Source: an uncultured Gemmatimonadaceae bacterium (GTDB taxonomy: Bacteria > Gemmatimonadota > Gemmatimonadetes > Gemmatimonadales > Gemmatimonadaceae). Taken from it: 64,000 bases of DNA. Positions 25,112 to 36,663 of the stretch are shown in pieces. The stretch spans positions 416,001-480,000 of the forward strand of contig OY970320.1 in assembly GCA_963716745.1 (NCBI GenBank). The letters run 5' to 3'. The notes beneath the pieces are model-generated. The model was not told the DNA's origin. It saw only the letters and a list, made by a program, of their open reading frames with translations, and searched no databases. The translations under genes were made by a program, and so were the position numbers. Position 1 is the stretch's first letter. Each line of letters starts with the position of its first letter.

Positions 25112-25361
25112 CCGCTGACGGCGTGGTGGAACCGCAAACGGCGCGTTAGAACCGCTGACGGCGTGTTAGCACCGCAGACGGCGCGTTGGGGATTGGCGTA
25201 TGGAAAGGACAAAGGCGCGTGTGGCGAATGGGGTGACCCATTCGCTACACGCGCCGTTGCACGTTCCATACGCCAATCCCCAACGCGCCGTCTGCGGTAC
25301 TAACACGCCGTTCGCGGTACCACAGCCGCCGTCAGCGGTTCCAGTCCCGCCGTTAGCGGTT
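25110..25361. repeat. ~250-bp palindrome with four 20-bp tandem units per arm
   Basis: Units like ACCGCWGACGGCGYGTTAGA at 25111, 25131, 25151, 25171, mirrored on the right arm; palindromic core. Confidence 0.92.
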
Positions 25362-25363
25362 CG

Positions 25364-26908
25364 TCACTCCCACTCGATCGTCGCTGGCGGCTTCGAACTT
25401 ACGTCGTAGACGACGCGATTCACTCCCTTCACTTCATTCATTATCCGATTCGCGATCGCCCCGAGTATTTCATGCGGGAAGTGATACCAGTCCGCCGTCA
25501 TCCCATCCTGACTCGTCACCGCCCGCAACGCGCAAACATTCTCGTACGTGCGGAAATCCCCCATGACACCGACGCTCTTCACCGGGAGAAGAACCGCGAA
25601 CGCCTGCCATATCTCGTCGTATAGTCCCGCCTCGCGGATCCCTTCGAGATAGATCGCGTCCGCCTTGCGCAGAGTCTCGAGTTTCTCGCGCGTGACATCG
25701 GAGAGAATGCGAATGGCCAGCCCCGGCCCCGGGAACGGATGCCGGCCCACCATCTCCTCCGGCAGCCCGAGCTCGCGTCCCACATTGCGCACTTCGTCCT
25801 TGAACAACTCGCGCAGCGGCTCGATGAGCTTGAATTTCATCCCCGGCTTGAGCCCGCCCACATTGTGGTGCGTCTTGATCGTCACGCTCGGGCCGCCGCT
25901 CGGCGATGCACTCTCGATCACATCGGGATACAGCGTCCCCTGCACGAGGAAGTCCACGCCCTTTCCGACGCCGAGCGCGGCTTCTTCGAACACATCGATG
26001 AACGTGTGGCCGATGCGACGCCGTTTCTCCTCCGGATCTTCGACGCCGGCGAGCGCCTTCAAGAACAACTCGGACGCATCCACGGTGCGCAGATCGATGC
26101 CGAGGTTCGCCTTGAACGTGCGCTCGACCTGCTCGCGCTCGTGCATGCGCAGCAGGCCGTGGTCCACGAAGATGCACGTGAGCTGATCGCCGATCGCGCG
26201 GTGCACCAGCGCCGCGGCCACCGCGGAGTCCACGCCGCCCGACAGCCCGCAGATCACGCGACTCTTCCCGACCATCGCCTTGATCTTCCCGATCTCGTCT
26301 TCGACGAACTTGCCCGGCGTCCAGCTCGGCTCCGCCTTGCAAATGTTGAACAGGAAATTCGAGATGATCTCGCGTCCGCGCGGCGTGTGCGCCACTTCGG
26401 GATGGAATTGCACGCAATGGATGGGCTTGGTCTCGTGCCGGATCCCTGCAATCGCGACGGTCGCGCTCGACGCAGTGACCAGATAACCCTTCGGCGCAGA
26501 ATCCACGTGATCGCCGTGGCTCGCCCAGGCGGTGAGCTTCTCTCCCTTCGCGAATCCGGCGAACACTCCACCCGGGTCCTGCACGGTGATCTCCGCCCGG
26601 CCATACTCGCGACGTCCGGCGCCGATCACGGCGCCGCCTTCCAGATGTGCGATGAGCTGCATGCCGTAGCAGATGCCGAGCACGGGCGCGATGTCCAGCA
26701 CGGCGCGGTCGGCGCTCGGCACGTTGTCGTCGTACACACTCGCCGGGCCGCCGCTGAAGATGATGCCCGTGGGCTTCCAGGCGCGGATCCATTCGGCGCT
26801 GCGCGTAGGCGGGTGGATCTCGGAGTACACGCGCGCCTCACGGACCCGGCGCGCGATGAGTTGCGTGAACTGCGAACCAAAATCGAGGATGAGGATCCGG
26901 CTCGTCAA
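25364..26908 (-). CDS. guaA: GMP synthase (glutamine-hydrolysing)
   Basis: [38 protein letters not shown] start with AAGGAG RBS. Confidence 0.97.
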   Translation of the reverse strand: MTSRILILDFGSQFTQLIARRVREARVYSEIHPPTRSAEWIRAWKPTGIIFSGGPASVYDDNVPSADRAVLDIAPVLGICYGMQLIAHLEGGAVIGAGRREYGRAEITVQDPGGVFAGFAKGEKLTAWASHGDHVDSAPKGYLVTASSATVAIAGIRHETKPIHCVQFHPEVAHTPRGREIISNFLFNICKAEPSWTPGKFVEDEIGKIKAMVGKSRVICGLSGGVDSAVAAALVHRAIGDQLTCIFVDHGLLRMHEREQVERTFKANLGIDLRTVDASELFLKALAGVEDPEEKRRRIGHTFIDVFEEAALGVGKGVDFLVQGTLYPDVIESASPSGGPSVTIKTHHNVGGLKPGMKFKLIEPLRELFKDEVRNVGRELGLPEEMVGRHPFPGPGLAIRILSDVTREKLETLRKADAIYLEGIREAGLYDEIWQAFAVLLPVKSVGVMGDFRTYENVCALRAVTSQDGMTADWYHFPHEILGAIANRIMNEVKGVNRVVYDVSSKPPATIEWE

Positions 26909-27414
26909 CGCGGCCACTCCTTGGCGGGCAGTGTGATGAATTCCACGCGCCGGGTGTCGAGGTCCAGGATGGCGGCGCTCGGCGTGCCGTGCACCCAGCC
27001 GCATCCTTCGCCCGGATTGATCACGAGCGACTCGCCTTCGCTGCGCATCTGGTGCTGGTGCGTGAAGCCGTGCACGACTATCCCGTGTTCGGTGATCGAG
27101 CGCTCGCTCACTTCACCAATGTCGTGCACCAGCAGGATGCGCGCGCCCGCGACCTCCACACTGTGCGGCGACTCGAACAGTTCGATGCCCATCCCGCGCG
27201 CGGCTTCCATGCGCAGCCCTTCGAGATCGCCGTCGTTGCGGCCGAACACGCCGGCGAGCGTGAGCCCCGCCTCGATGATCGGCTTGAGCGACCAGGGGGC
27301 GCAGTAATCGCCGGCGTGCAGCACCATGGTCGCGCCCGCCGCGCGAAAGCGTTTGGCGAATTCTGCGATCGCCGGTACGCGATCGTGCGTGTCCGCGATC
27401 ACTCCCACGCGCAT
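26905..27414 (-). CDS. YfcE/MJ0936-family metallophosphoesterase
   Basis: ADTHD, HAGD, GRND, HGFTH, INPGE. Confidence 0.88.
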   Translation of the reverse strand: MRVGVIADTHDRVPAIAEFAKRFRAAGATMVLHAGDYCAPWSLKPIIEAGLTLAGVFGRNDGDLEGLRMEAARGMGIELFESPHSVEVAGARILLVHDIGEVSERSITEHGIVVHGFTHQHQMRSEGESLVINPGEGCGWVHGTPSAAILDLDTRRVEFITLPAKEWPR

Positions 27415-28694
27415 CAGGGCGTCCTCCAGTCGGGCACGGCCGGCTCGAGGCGAATCAGATCCTCGTAGCGCTCCCGCGCGGTCACGATCGCGAACCGATC
27501 CCCATCGACGAGCACTTCCGCGGCGCGCGGCCGCGCGTTGTAGTTACTCGACATCACGAATCCATACGCGCCGGCGGAGCGGATCGCGACAAGATCGCCC
27601 TCCTCTACCATGTCCATGTCGCGCTCGAGCGCGACGAAGTCGCCGCTCTCGCAGACGGGTCCCACCACATCCACGGTGGCGCGCCCCGGCCGCGGCCGCA
27701 CGGCATCCACCTGATGGAAGGCGTTGTAGTGCGACGGGCGCAGCAGATCGTTCATGCCGGCATCGATGATGACATACTCATGTCCGCCGCTGCTCTTCTT
27801 CACCAGCACGCGCGAGAGCAGCACGCCCGAGTTCCCGACGAGGAACCGCCCCGGCTCCACGAGCAAAGTTAGCCCCGACGCCGCCACGAGCGGCAGCACC
27901 GCGTTCGCGAACGCCTGCACATCCATCGGCATCTCGGTGTCGTACGTAACGGCGAGACCGCCGCCGATGTCGCAATACTTGAGGTCGCGCGCGCCGGCCT
28001 TCTTGAGCGAGGTATGGAGCTCGAGCAACCGGCCGAGGCCTTCGCGGTACGGCTCGAGATCGGATAGCTGCGAGCCAATGTGCATGTCGAGGCCGAGCAG
28101 CGCGATGTTCGGCAGTGTGAGCGCGAGCTTGGCCACCTCGAGCGCGCTCTCGAACGGAATGCCGAATTTGTTGCCGCGCTCGCCGGTGGTGATGTAGCTG
28201 TGCGTGTCGACCTCGACCTCGGGATTCACTCGCAGCGCGATCGGCGCCCGCATCCTGAGGTCGCCCGCGATGCGGCTGAGCAGCCGTAATTCGCTCTCCG
28301 ATTCGACGTTCACCATGAGCACACCGGCTCCCAGTGCCTCGCGCAATTCGGTCTCGGTCTTCCCGACTCCGGAGAAGACAATGTCCGCTCCCGAGTAGCC
28401 CGCACGCTGCGCGCGGAACAACTCGCCGCCCGAGACGATGTCTACGCCGGCGCCCATCTCGCGCAGCAAGCGCAGCACTGCGAGATTCGAATTCGCCTTC
28501 ACGCTGTAGTGCACGCGGTGCGGCACGGGAGCGAAGGCCCGGCGCAGCCGTTCGTACGCGTCGCGGATCGCACCGGCGCTGTATACGTATACTGGCGTGC
28601 CGGCGGCCGTGGCGATCGCGTCGAGAGGCACTCCCTCGCACGCGAGCGCCCCGTCGGTGCGCGCGAAGCCGGGGATCAGTACGCCTTCGCCCAC
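27414..28694 (-). CDS. lysA: Diaminopimelate decarboxylase
   Basis: YSVKAN, HIGSQ, EPGRFLV, GPVCESGD, GAYG..MSSNYN; start GTG approximate. Confidence 0.95.
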   Translation of the reverse strand: MGEGVLIPGFARTDGALACEGVPLDAIATAAGTPVYVYSAGAIRDAYERLRRAFAPVPHRVHYSVKANSNLAVLRLLREMGAGVDIVSGGELFRAQRAGYSGADIVFSGVGKTETELREALGAGVLMVNVESESELRLLSRIAGDLRMRAPIALRVNPEVEVDTHSYITTGERGNKFGIPFESALEVAKLALTLPNIALLGLDMHIGSQLSDLEPYREGLGRLLELHTSLKKAGARDLKYCDIGGGLAVTYDTEMPMDVQAFANAVLPLVAASGLTLLVEPGRFLVGNSGVLLSRVLVKKSSGGHEYVIIDAGMNDLLRPSHYNAFHQVDAVRPRPGRATVDVVGPVCESGDFVALERDMDMVEEGDLVAIRSAGAYGFVMSSNYNARPRAAEVLVDGDRFAIVTARERYEDLIRLEPAVPDWRTP

Positions 28695-30142
28695 ATCGCC
28701 TCGTGCTTCGCGGCCTTCCCGCACTTCAGGCACTCCTTGGGCGCCGCCGGGGTACGGAATTCCTCGTCGGGCAGGCAGCGGATCGTGGCCTTGGTCTCCT
28801 CTTTGATCGCCGTTTCGCACGCGGCGTCGCCGCACCATCCCGCGTACACGAACGCGCCGGGTCCGTCCATCACTTCCTTGAATTTCGCGTACGTGATGCC
28901 GCCGCGAATGGAGTTCGCCTCGCGCCGCGCCCGCGCCTCGCCGAGCATCGCGTCCTGCATCGCGGCGAGCGTGTCGCGCAATTCCTTGCCGAGCGCGGCG
29001 AGCGGTACCGCGCGCTTCTCGCCGCCGTCGCGACGCGCGAGCATCGCCTGCTGCTTCTCCAGATCGCGAGGTCCGAGCTCGAGGCGAATGGGCACGCCGC
29101 GCAGCTCCCATTCGTAGTGCTTGGCGCCGGAGCGCACGGTGTCGCGCGCATCCAGCTGGATGCGGATGCGCGCGTCGCCGAGTTTCCAGTCGCCCAGTTC
29201 GGCGACGATCGCGTGGGCGGCCGCGAGGACCCGCGCCTTGTCCTCGTCGGTGCGCCAGATGGGAATGATCACGGCCTCCGTGGGCGCGAGGCGCGGGGGC
29301 AGACGCAGCCCCTTGTCGTCGCCGTGCGTCATCACGAGCGCGCCGATCATGCGCGTCGAAGCGCCCCAGCTCGTGTTCCACGCGAACTCGGTGCCGCCGG
29401 CCTCGGTCTGGAACTTGAGCTCGAATGCCTTCGCGAAATTCTGCCCCAGGTTGTGCGACGTGCTGGCCTGCAGCGCCTTGTTGTCCTGCATCATCGCCTC
29501 GCACGAATACGTGCGCAGCGCGCCGGCGAATTTCTCCGCGTCGGTCTTGAGCCCGGTGACGACGGGCATGGCCATCCAGCCTTCCTGGAACTCGCGATAG
29601 ACGCCGAGCATCTTGCGCGTCTCGAGCTCGGCTTCGTCGTGCGTCGCGTGCGCGGTGTGCCCTTCCTGCCAGAGGAATTCGAGCGTGCGCAGGAAGAGCC
29701 GCGTGCGCAGTTCCCAGCGCACCACGTTGGCCCATTGGTTGATGAGCAGCGGCAGGTCGCGGTAGCTCTGCACCCACTTGGCGAACATCGCGTAGATGAT
29801 CGTCTCGGACGTGGGGCGGATGACCAGCGGCTCCTCGAGCTCCTTGCCGCCGCCGTGCGTGACCACGGCCGTCTCCGGCGCGAAGCCCTCGACGTGCTCG
29901 GCTTCCTTCGCGAGGAAGCTCTGGGGAATGAGCAGCGGGAAGTACGCGTTGCGATGCCCGGTGGCCTTGAACATGTCGTCGAGCGCGCGCTGCATGCGCT
30001 CCCAGATGCCGTAGCCGTCGGGGCGGATCACCATGCAGCCGCGCACGGGCGAGTAGTCCGCGAGTTCGGCGCGGAGAACGAGTTCGTTGTACCACGCGCT
30101 GAAATCCTCGGCGCGGGTGGTGAGCTTCTTGTCGTCAGCCAT
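28676..30142 (-). CDS. proS: Proline--tRNA ligase (archaeal/eukaryote-like type)
   Basis: IRPTSET, NQWANVVRWE, EFLWQEGHT, C-terminal AKAY. Confidence 0.97.
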   Translation of the reverse strand: MADDKKLTTRAEDFSAWYNELVLRAELADYSPVRGCMVIRPDGYGIWERMQRALDDMFKATGHRNAYFPLLIPQSFLAKEAEHVEGFAPETAVVTHGGGKELEEPLVIRPTSETIIYAMFAKWVQSYRDLPLLINQWANVVRWELRTRLFLRTLEFLWQEGHTAHATHDEAELETRKMLGVYREFQEGWMAMPVVTGLKTDAEKFAGALRTYSCEAMMQDNKALQASTSHNLGQNFAKAFELKFQTEAGGTEFAWNTSWGASTRMIGALVMTHGDDKGLRLPPRLAPTEAVIIPIWRTDEDKARVLAAAHAIVAELGDWKLGDARIRIQLDARDTVRSGAKHYEWELRGVPIRLELGPRDLEKQQAMLARRDGGEKRAVPLAALGKELRDTLAAMQDAMLGEARARREANSIRGGITYAKFKEVMDGPGAFVYAGWCGDAACETAIKEETKATIRCLPDEEFRTPAAPKECLKCGKAAKHEAMWAKAY

Positions 30143-31436
30143 TGATTCCCATCAGCAGAGTTTCGATCCAGCGGTCGAGCGTGACGCGCTCTTCCGTTCC
30201 CGTGCCAAGATCGCGCACCACCGCCGCGCCGTTCGCGCGATCCGCGGCCGAGAGCAGCACGGCGTGCCGGGCGCCCGCCGTGTTCGCGGTCTTGAGTTGC
30301 CGCGCGAGCTTCTGCGGGCCCAGCGAGTACTCCACGCTGCGGCCGCGCGCGCGCAGGCGGCCGGCCACGCGCATCGCATCGGCCGCGTCGAGATCCTCGC
30401 CGAACGCCACCCAGAAATCGAGTGATCGGCGCCGACGGGCGGCATCAGCTTCCGGTCGCGCAGCAACTCACCGAGTACCACATCGCCCATTCCGAACCCG
30501 AGCGCCGGCAGATCCACGCCGCCGAGCGACTCGAGCAGATTGTCATAGCGTCCGCCGCCGCAGATCGCGCGGAGTTCACCTTTGGCATCGAACAGCTCGA
30601 ACACGATACCGGTGTAGTACGCGAGCCCGCGCACGATCGAGAGATCGAGGCGCACCCATGCGCCGACACCCAACGCATCGAGCGCGCCGAGATAACGTTC
30701 GACCACCGCGTATTCGGTCTCCGCGCCGGCCTGCTTCACCTTCGCCGCGAACGCGTTCGCATCGGCCGCCGAATGCAGCGAGATCGAACAGTGCCGCGAT
30801 CAGCGGCGCGGCAACGCCTGCCTTCGCGAGGCGGTCCTCCAGCACGTTCCGTGGATCGCGCGCGAGCTTGTCCAGCGCGGCGTAAGCGGCCGCGAACTGT
30901 GACTCCGCGAATCCACTTCCCTTCAGCAGCGCATTCAGCAGCCGCCGATCCGATACTCTCGCCACTACATCATCTTTCGTCAGCCCCAGCGTCCGCAGGA
31001 TCTCGATCGCCGCCGCGAGCAATTCCGCATCGGCGGTCACGTCCGGCTCGCCGATGATGTCCATGTTCAACTGGAAATGCTCGCGCAGCCGCCCGCGCTG
31101 CTGCCGCTCGTAGCGGAACAGCTGCGGGATCGAGAACCATCGCACCGGCTTCCGGAGCGCATTCGCCCGCGCCGCCACCATGCGCGCGAGCGTCGGCGTC
31201 ATCTCGGGTCGCAGCGCCACCTGACGGTCGCCCTTGTCGGTGAAGTTGTACAGCTGCTCCGCGATCTCCGCCCCGCTCTTCTTCGTGAACAGATCGAGCG
31301 GTTCCAGCGGCGGACCGTCGTACTCCACGAACGCGAACCGCCGCGCCACGTCCCGCCACGCCGCGAACAAATGCGCGCGCTCGGCGAACTCAGCGGGGTA
31401 GAAATCTCGAAATCCGGGGAGTGCGCCCTGACCCAT
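30135..31436 (-). CDS. hisS: Histidine--tRNA ligase (apparent frameshifts ~30760 and ~30422)
   Basis: PGFRDF, LRPEMT, FRYERQQRGRLREH, VRGLAYYTG, GGGRYD. Confidence 0.94.
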
Positions 31437-31442
31437 TCACGC

Positions 31443-31472
31443 AATCTACCCGCCGGAGAGAGACCCCGGCAA
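31443..31472 (-). promoter_or_regulatory. Predicted internal hisS promoter (leaderless geometry)
   Basis: TTGCCG-18 nt-TAGATT, 6 nt before ATG; lies in folC 3' end. Confidence 0.6.
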
Positions 31473-32737
31473 GCGCGCCATCGCGTCGCCCACGGTGTGG
31501 AAGGAACCGGTCACGAGCGTGGTCCCGGCGCTCTCGCGCGCCAGCGATAGCGCACGGTCGAAATCCCGCTCGGTGGTCGCAGCCCACGCGTTCGCCGCGG
31601 CGAACGCGGAGACCTCCGCCAGGGGCCACGCGCGATCGGCGGGGACGCTCGGCGGCGTCGTGAGCACGAACCGGTCTACGTGCCGGGCGAGGCGCTGCAT
31701 CATCTCCGGCCAGTCCTTGTCGTTCAAGACGGTGAGCAGGCACGCCAGCGGACGAGGCGGCGCGCACCGCGTCGAGCGATTCACACAGCACCGTCGTTCC
31801 CGCCGGGTTGTGCGCGACGTCGAAAATGAAATTCCGCCACCGCTGGAACCGGCCCGGCAGGCGCACGTCCGCCAGCGCTGCGCTCGGCGTCGCCCGCCGC
31901 GGCGCGCCACTCACCGCCGGCCGCCTCGAGCATCGCGATCGCGGTCGCCGCATTCTGCGCCTGATGCCGCCCGACCAGCGGGGTCGTTAGCGTGCGCTTG
32001 GATTCGCGCGAGGCGATCGTGAATCGCGTGCCGTCAGGCGTCACCAGGATCCCCGTGAGTGCGGACTCGTCGGCGAGCACGCGCACCGGTCCGGCCCCTG
32101 CCTCCAGCGCCAGACGCGCGAGCAACGTTCGGATCGCGGGATCGCGCTCGCCGATCACCACCGGCACTCCCGGCTTGAACACCCCGGCCTTTTCGACGGC
32201 GATCTTCTCCGCGGTGTCGCCCAAGTACTGCACGTGGTCGATACCGATGGACGTGACGCCGCTCACGAGCGGCGTGATGATGTTCGTGGAGTCGAGGCGG
32301 CCGCCGAGGCCCACTTCGATGATCGCGATATCCACCTGCTCGCGCCGAAAGTGCTCGAATGCCATGCACGTGGTGGCTTCGAAGAAGGTCGCGCCGAGGC
32401 GCTCGACTTCCGGGGTCCATCGCGCGATCTGCTCGACGACCGCCTCCTCGGGGATCATCGCGCCGTTCACGACGATCCGCTCTCGGAAATCGACGAGGTG
32501 CGGCGACATGTAGCGCCCCACGCGCAGTCCGCGCGCGCGCAACAGCGCATCGAGCGTGGCCACGACGCTCCCTTTGCCGTTCGTGCCCGCGACGTGGAGG
32601 GTGGGATATGTGTTCTGCGGATCGCCCATCGCGGCGGCGAGCGCGCGCGTGGTGTCGAGTCCGAACTTCCATCCGCCGGTGACGCGCGCGAAGAGGTACT
32701 CGAGCGCGCCGGCGTACGACGTCAGGGCGACGCCCAT
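31446..32737 (-). CDS. folC: Folylpolyglutamate/dihydrofolate synthase (two apparent frameshifts ~31770-31910)
   Basis: HVAGTNGKGS, EVGLGGRLDSTN, DVAHNP, VTGSFHTVG. Confidence 0.92.
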
Positions 32738-33585
32738 CCCGCCGCGGCCGGCTGATGGCTCATGTGGCGCAGCAGCGTGCCCACGGTGGCCTTCAACTCC
32801 TTGCGATGCGAAACGACGTCAACGATGCCATGGTCGAGCAGGAATTCCGCGGTCTGGAATCCTTCCGGCAGATCCTGGCCGATGGTCTGCTTGATCACGC
32901 GAGGACCCGCGAAGCCGATCACGGCGCCGGGCTCGGCCACGATCGCGTCGCCGAGCATCGCGAAGCTGGCGCTCACGCCACCGGTGGTCGGGTTCGTGAG
33001 GATGGAGACGTATGGGATGCGCCGCTCGGCGAGCTGCGCGAGCAACGCGGAGGTCTTCGCCATCTGCATGAGCGAGAGTACGCCCTCCTGCATGCGCGCG
33101 CCGCCCGACGCTGAGACGATCACGAGCGGATACTTGCGTTCGAGCGACCGTTGGCCGAGGCGCGCGATCTTCTCGCCGACCACCGAACCCATCGAGCCGC
33201 CCATGAACGCGAAGTCCATCGCGCCGATGTTCACGGGCATCCCGCCGAGCGCGCCGCTCACGGTGACGATCGCGTCGGAGGAACCCGCGTTCGTCATCGC
33301 CTTCTTCAGGCGCGCTGGATATTCCGGGAATCCGAGCGGATCCTTGGAGCGGATGTCCTCGTCGAGCTCCTCGTAGGCATTGTCGTCGAGGAGGATCGCT
33401 AAGTACTCGCTCGCGCGAATGCGGCGGTGATAGTCGCAGTTCGGGCACACGTTCAGGTTGCGCAGGAATTTCTCGCGCAGGTCCGTGTGGCCGCATGCCT
33501 CGCACTTCTCCCAGGTGTCCGCCGGGATCTCGAGACGCTCGCGCCGCGGCTGACGCGGCTTCTTCTCCTTGCGGAACCAGGCCAT
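32722..33585 (-). CDS. accD: Acetyl-CoA carboxylase carboxyltransferase beta
   Basis: C4 zinc finger, FMGGSMG, SGGARMQEG, GFAGPRVI. Confidence 0.97.
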   Translation of the reverse strand: MAWFRKEKKPRQPRRERLEIPADTWEKCEACGHTDLREKFLRNLNVCPNCDYHRRIRASEYLAILLDDNAYEELDEDIRSKDPLGFPEYPARLKKAMTNAGSSDAIVTVSGALGGMPVNIGAMDFAFMGGSMGSVVGEKIARLGQRSLERKYPLVIVSASGGARMQEGVLSLMQMAKTSALLAQLAERRIPYVSILTNPTTGGVSASFAMLGDAIVAEPGAVIGFAGPRVIKQTIGQDLPEGFQTAEFLLDHGIVDVVSHRKELKATVGTLLRHMSHQPAAAGWASP

Positions 33586-33591
33586 TTTGGA

Positions 33592-33620
33592 AATGTGCCC
33601 GCGCGGCGGGCCGTCGGCAA
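33592..33620 (-). promoter_or_regulatory. Predicted accD promoter (leaderless geometry)
   Basis: TTGCCG-17 nt-CACATT, 6 nt before ATG. Confidence 0.55.
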
Positions 33621-33631
33621 GGAGAGCGCCG

Positions 33632-34888
33632 CTACCGGTAGCTCGGGTCGCCCGTCTGTGCGCCGCGCGCCTCGCTCGCGATCCGCTCGAGCACGCCGAT
33701 CGAGAGCCAGCACGAGAGCATGAACGATCCGCCGTAGCTGAAGAACGGCAGCGGGATGCCGGTGATCGGCATCAGGTTCAGCGTCATGCCGACGTTCACG
33801 ATGATGTGCACCACCCAGATGGATGCGAGCCCGAATGCCGCGAGGCTGCCGAACGGCGCGCTCGCGCTCGACGCGATGCGCACCGACCGCTGCAGCAGCA
33901 CGAGGAAGAGCGCCAGAGCCGCCGCCACGCCGAGGAATCCAAGCTCCTCGCCGAGCACGGCGAAGATGAAGTCGGTGTGCTGCTCCGGCAAGAAGGCCAG
34001 CCGCTTCTGCGTTCCCTCGAGGAATCCCTTGCCGATCCACCCGCCGCTCCCGATCGCGACCTTGGATTGCTGCACGTGCCATCCGGCGCGATGCGGGTCG
34101 ATCGACGGATCCAGGAAGGTGAGCAGGCGATTCTTCTGATAAGGCTGCAGCCGGTACCAGAGCAACGGCGCGACGACGCCCATGACGACGTTCGCGAGCA
34201 CGAGGCTCACACCCTCGATCAAGTACGGCCGGTACCAGAACACGAGGGCCAGCAGCACGAGGAACCACGCCCCCCAGAACAGCGTGCGCGACGCGAGGAT
34301 GAGGCTGATGCCCGGTGAAGCGAGCAGGATGAGCAGGCGCCACTCGAGCCCCATCCAAAAGAGCATCGCGAAGAAGATTCCCACGAACACGAGCGCGCTG
34401 CCGAGGTCCGGCTGCGCCATGATGAGCACGAAAGGCGCGACGACGACGAGCGCCGGCCGCCACAACTCGAGCAGCGACCGCGGCGGCTGGCGGAATACCG
34501 CGAGCGTGCGCGCGAGCATGAGCACGGTGGTGATCTTCACGAGTTCGGATGGCTGGCCGAGCCGGTGCCCGGCGATCATCAGCCAGCTGTGCGAGCTCGC
34601 GGCCGTTCCCGCGCCGCCGCCGAACTTGAGCGTGAGCATCAGCAGCAGGATGGAGAAGATGTACGCCGGCAATGCGAACCATTCGATGAAGCGCGCCGTG
34701 CCGCGCGTCACGATGAACGCGGCGACGATCCCGAGCGCGAGCCACCGCAGCTGCGCGATCCACGCGTTCACCGCGGGCGTGGGCACGTCGGTCTGGCCGG
34801 CCGAGTAGACCATCGCGATGCCATAGAGCGAGAGCACCAGGCCGGTGATCAGGAGCGTCGGGTCCGCCAGCAGCCGCCGCGTGCGCAT
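33632..34888 (-). CDS. rodA: Rod shape-determining SEDS protein RodA
   Basis: QPSELVK, QPDLG, PEQHTDFIF, TGIPLPFFSYGGS. Confidence 0.95.
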   Translation of the reverse strand: MRTRRLLADPTLLITGLVLSLYGIAMVYSAGQTDVPTPAVNAWIAQLRWLALGIVAAFIVTRGTARFIEWFALPAYIFSILLLMLTLKFGGGAGTAASSHSWLMIAGHRLGQPSELVKITTVLMLARTLAVFRQPPRSLLELWRPALVVVAPFVLIMAQPDLGSALVFVGIFFAMLFWMGLEWRLLILLASPGISLILASRTLFWGAWFLVLLALVFWYRPYLIEGVSLVLANVVMGVVAPLLWYRLQPYQKNRLLTFLDPSIDPHRAGWHVQQSKVAIGSGGWIGKGFLEGTQKRLAFLPEQHTDFIFAVLGEELGFLGVAAALALFLVLLQRSVRIASSASAPFGSLAAFGLASIWVVHIIVNVGMTLNLMPITGIPLPFFSYGGSFMLSCWLSIGVLERIASEARGAQTGDPSYR

Positions 34889-36663
34889 CAGCCGTCCGTG
34901 TTCAGCAACGTGGCGGGCGCGACCTTCAGGTACGACTGGATGATCTTGGACGCGACGCGCGCCGCGCGGTCGCCGTGGCCGCCGAACTCGAGCATCACCG
35001 CCACCACGATCTTCGGGTCGTTCGCGGGCGCGAACCCAACGAACCACGCGTGATCGTGCAGCGGATCCTGCGAGTTCTGCGCGGTGCCGGTCTTGCCCGC
35101 GAGCACGACGCCCTGGATCTGCGCGCTGCTCGCGGTACCGCGCGAGATGACGCCCGCCATCGCGGCGCGCACCGCGTCGAGCTGCGCGGGCGTGAGCTGC
35201 ATGATCCGCTCACGCTCCACCGGCCGCATTGCCACCGCGGGCGTCGCCGCGCTGCCGTCGGTCGCCAGCGCCGTGTAGAAGCGGCCCATCGCCGCGACGG
35301 TCTGATCGTTCTCCCCCTGCCCGATCGCGAGATTGAGCACCACCGCCTGGCTCCATCCCGTCTTGCCGTATTTCTTATCGTAGTAGTCCTTGACGTCGGC
35401 GCTCGGGAAACCGGGGCGCGCCTCCTCAGGAAGATCGATCCCCGTGCGCTCATGCGCGCCGAGCGAGATGCCCCCCGCCACGAGCCGCGTGAGCCCGATC
35501 TTGAGCCCGAGCTGGTAGAAGTACACGTCGCACGAGACCTCGATCGCGCGCGCGAGCGTGAGCGCGCCATGTCCCTGTTTGTCCCAGCATTTGAACTCGC
35601 GGTCGCCGAACTGGAATTTGCCGGTGCACGGCTGCGGCATCTTGTCGTCGAGCGTCGCGATGCCTTCCTGCAGCGCGATCGCCGCGGTCGCGAGCTTCCA
35701 CGTGGAGCCGGGCGGATACCGCCCTTGGATCGCCTTATTGTAGAGCGGGCGCCGCGGATCGGTGTTCAGCGCCTTCCATAGTTCCGGCGGAATACCGCCG
35801 ATGAACGCGTTCGGGTCGTAACTCGGAGCGGAGTACAGCGCGAGCACCGCGCCGGTTCGCGGCTCGATCGCGATCACCCCGCCCTGCAGCGAATCGGCGA
35901 AGAGTTCCGCGATGTACTTCTGGAGATCGACATCGATGTTCGTGAGCAGCGGCGGCCCAGCCTGCGGCGCGAGGTCCTCCCGCGCACCGGCCTCGCGCAC
36001 CACGCGGCCGCGCGCATCCACTTCCACGAATCGCGAACCGTCGATGCCGCGCAGTTTGTCCTCGTACTCGCGCTCCAGGCCCGCTTTCCCCACCTGTTGT
36101 CCGTTCCGGTATCCCTTGTAGCGGTCGGAGTTGAGTTCGGACTCGGTGACCTCGCCCACGTAGCCGAGCACCGGCGCCGCGGCCGCGCCCGCCGGATAGA
36201 AACGCTTGGGCGCCGACTGGATCACGAGCCCCGGGAAATCGAGCCGCCGCTCCTCGAGCACAGATACCACTTTGAACGGCGCGTCGGCGAACACCACCGC
36301 CGGCCGGTTCGGCGTCCGGAGGTATCGCCGCGCGACCAACTCCGCCTGCTCCGGCGTGATCGCCACGAGCTGCGCCATGCGCGCGACGGTCGCGCGCAGC
36401 GAATCGGCGTTCGCGGCGAGCAGCTGCACGGAATATCCCGGCACGTTCTCCGCGATGATCTTCTGATTGCGATCGAAGATGATCCCGCGCGGCGCCGGCA
36501 TCGGGACTTCGCGTAAACGATTCTCCTCCGACTGCATCGTGTAGCGCGAATGCTGGATGATCTGCGTGCGGAAGAATGTGCCGAGCAGCACGACGAACAG
36601 CACGCCGAGCGCGATCGACGCGCCGCGTCCGCGCCGCGCGAGGTCGTTCGGGTGCAGGCTCAC
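34888..36663 (-). CDS. mrdA: Penicillin-binding protein 2
   Basis: PRGIIFDRN, PGSTWK, SCD, GKTGTAQ. Confidence 0.95.
   Translation of the reverse strand: MSLHPNDLARRGRGASIALGVLFVVLLGTFFRTQIIQHSRYTMQSEENRLREVPMPAPRGIIFDRNQKIIAENVPGYSVQLLAANADSLRATVARMAQLVAITPEQAELVARRYLRTPNRPAVVFADAPFKVVSVLEERRLDFPGLVIQSAPKRFYPAGAAAAPVLGYVGEVTESELNSDRYKGYRNGQQVGKAGLEREYEDKLRGIDGSRFVEVDARGRVVREAGAREDLAPQAGPPLLTNIDVDLQKYIAELFADSLQGGVIAIEPRTGAVLALYSAPSYDPNAFIGGIPPELWKALNTDPRRPLYNKAIQGRYPPGSTWKLATAAIALQEGIATLDDKMPQPCTGKFQFGDREFKCWDKQGHGALTLARAIEVSCDVYFYQLGLKIGLTRLVAGGISLGAHERTGIDLPEEARPGFPSADVKDYYDKKYGKTGWSQAVVLNLAIGQGENDQTVAAMGRFYTALATDGSAATPAVAMRPVERERIMQLTPAQLDAVRAAMAGVISRGTASSAQIQGVVLAGKTGTAQNSQDPLHDHAWFVGFAPANDPKIVVAVMLEFGGHGDRAARVASKIIQSYLKVAPATLLNTDG

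Noticed and set aside
25110..25361. CRISPR array
   Set aside because: Units abut without unique spacers, are mirrored as an inverted repeat, and no cas genes are present
27414..30095. 893-aa ORF and other long N-terminal extensions or antisense ORFs
   Set aside because: GC-rich shadow frames with Arg/Ala/Gly-rich text; only the LysA part is real
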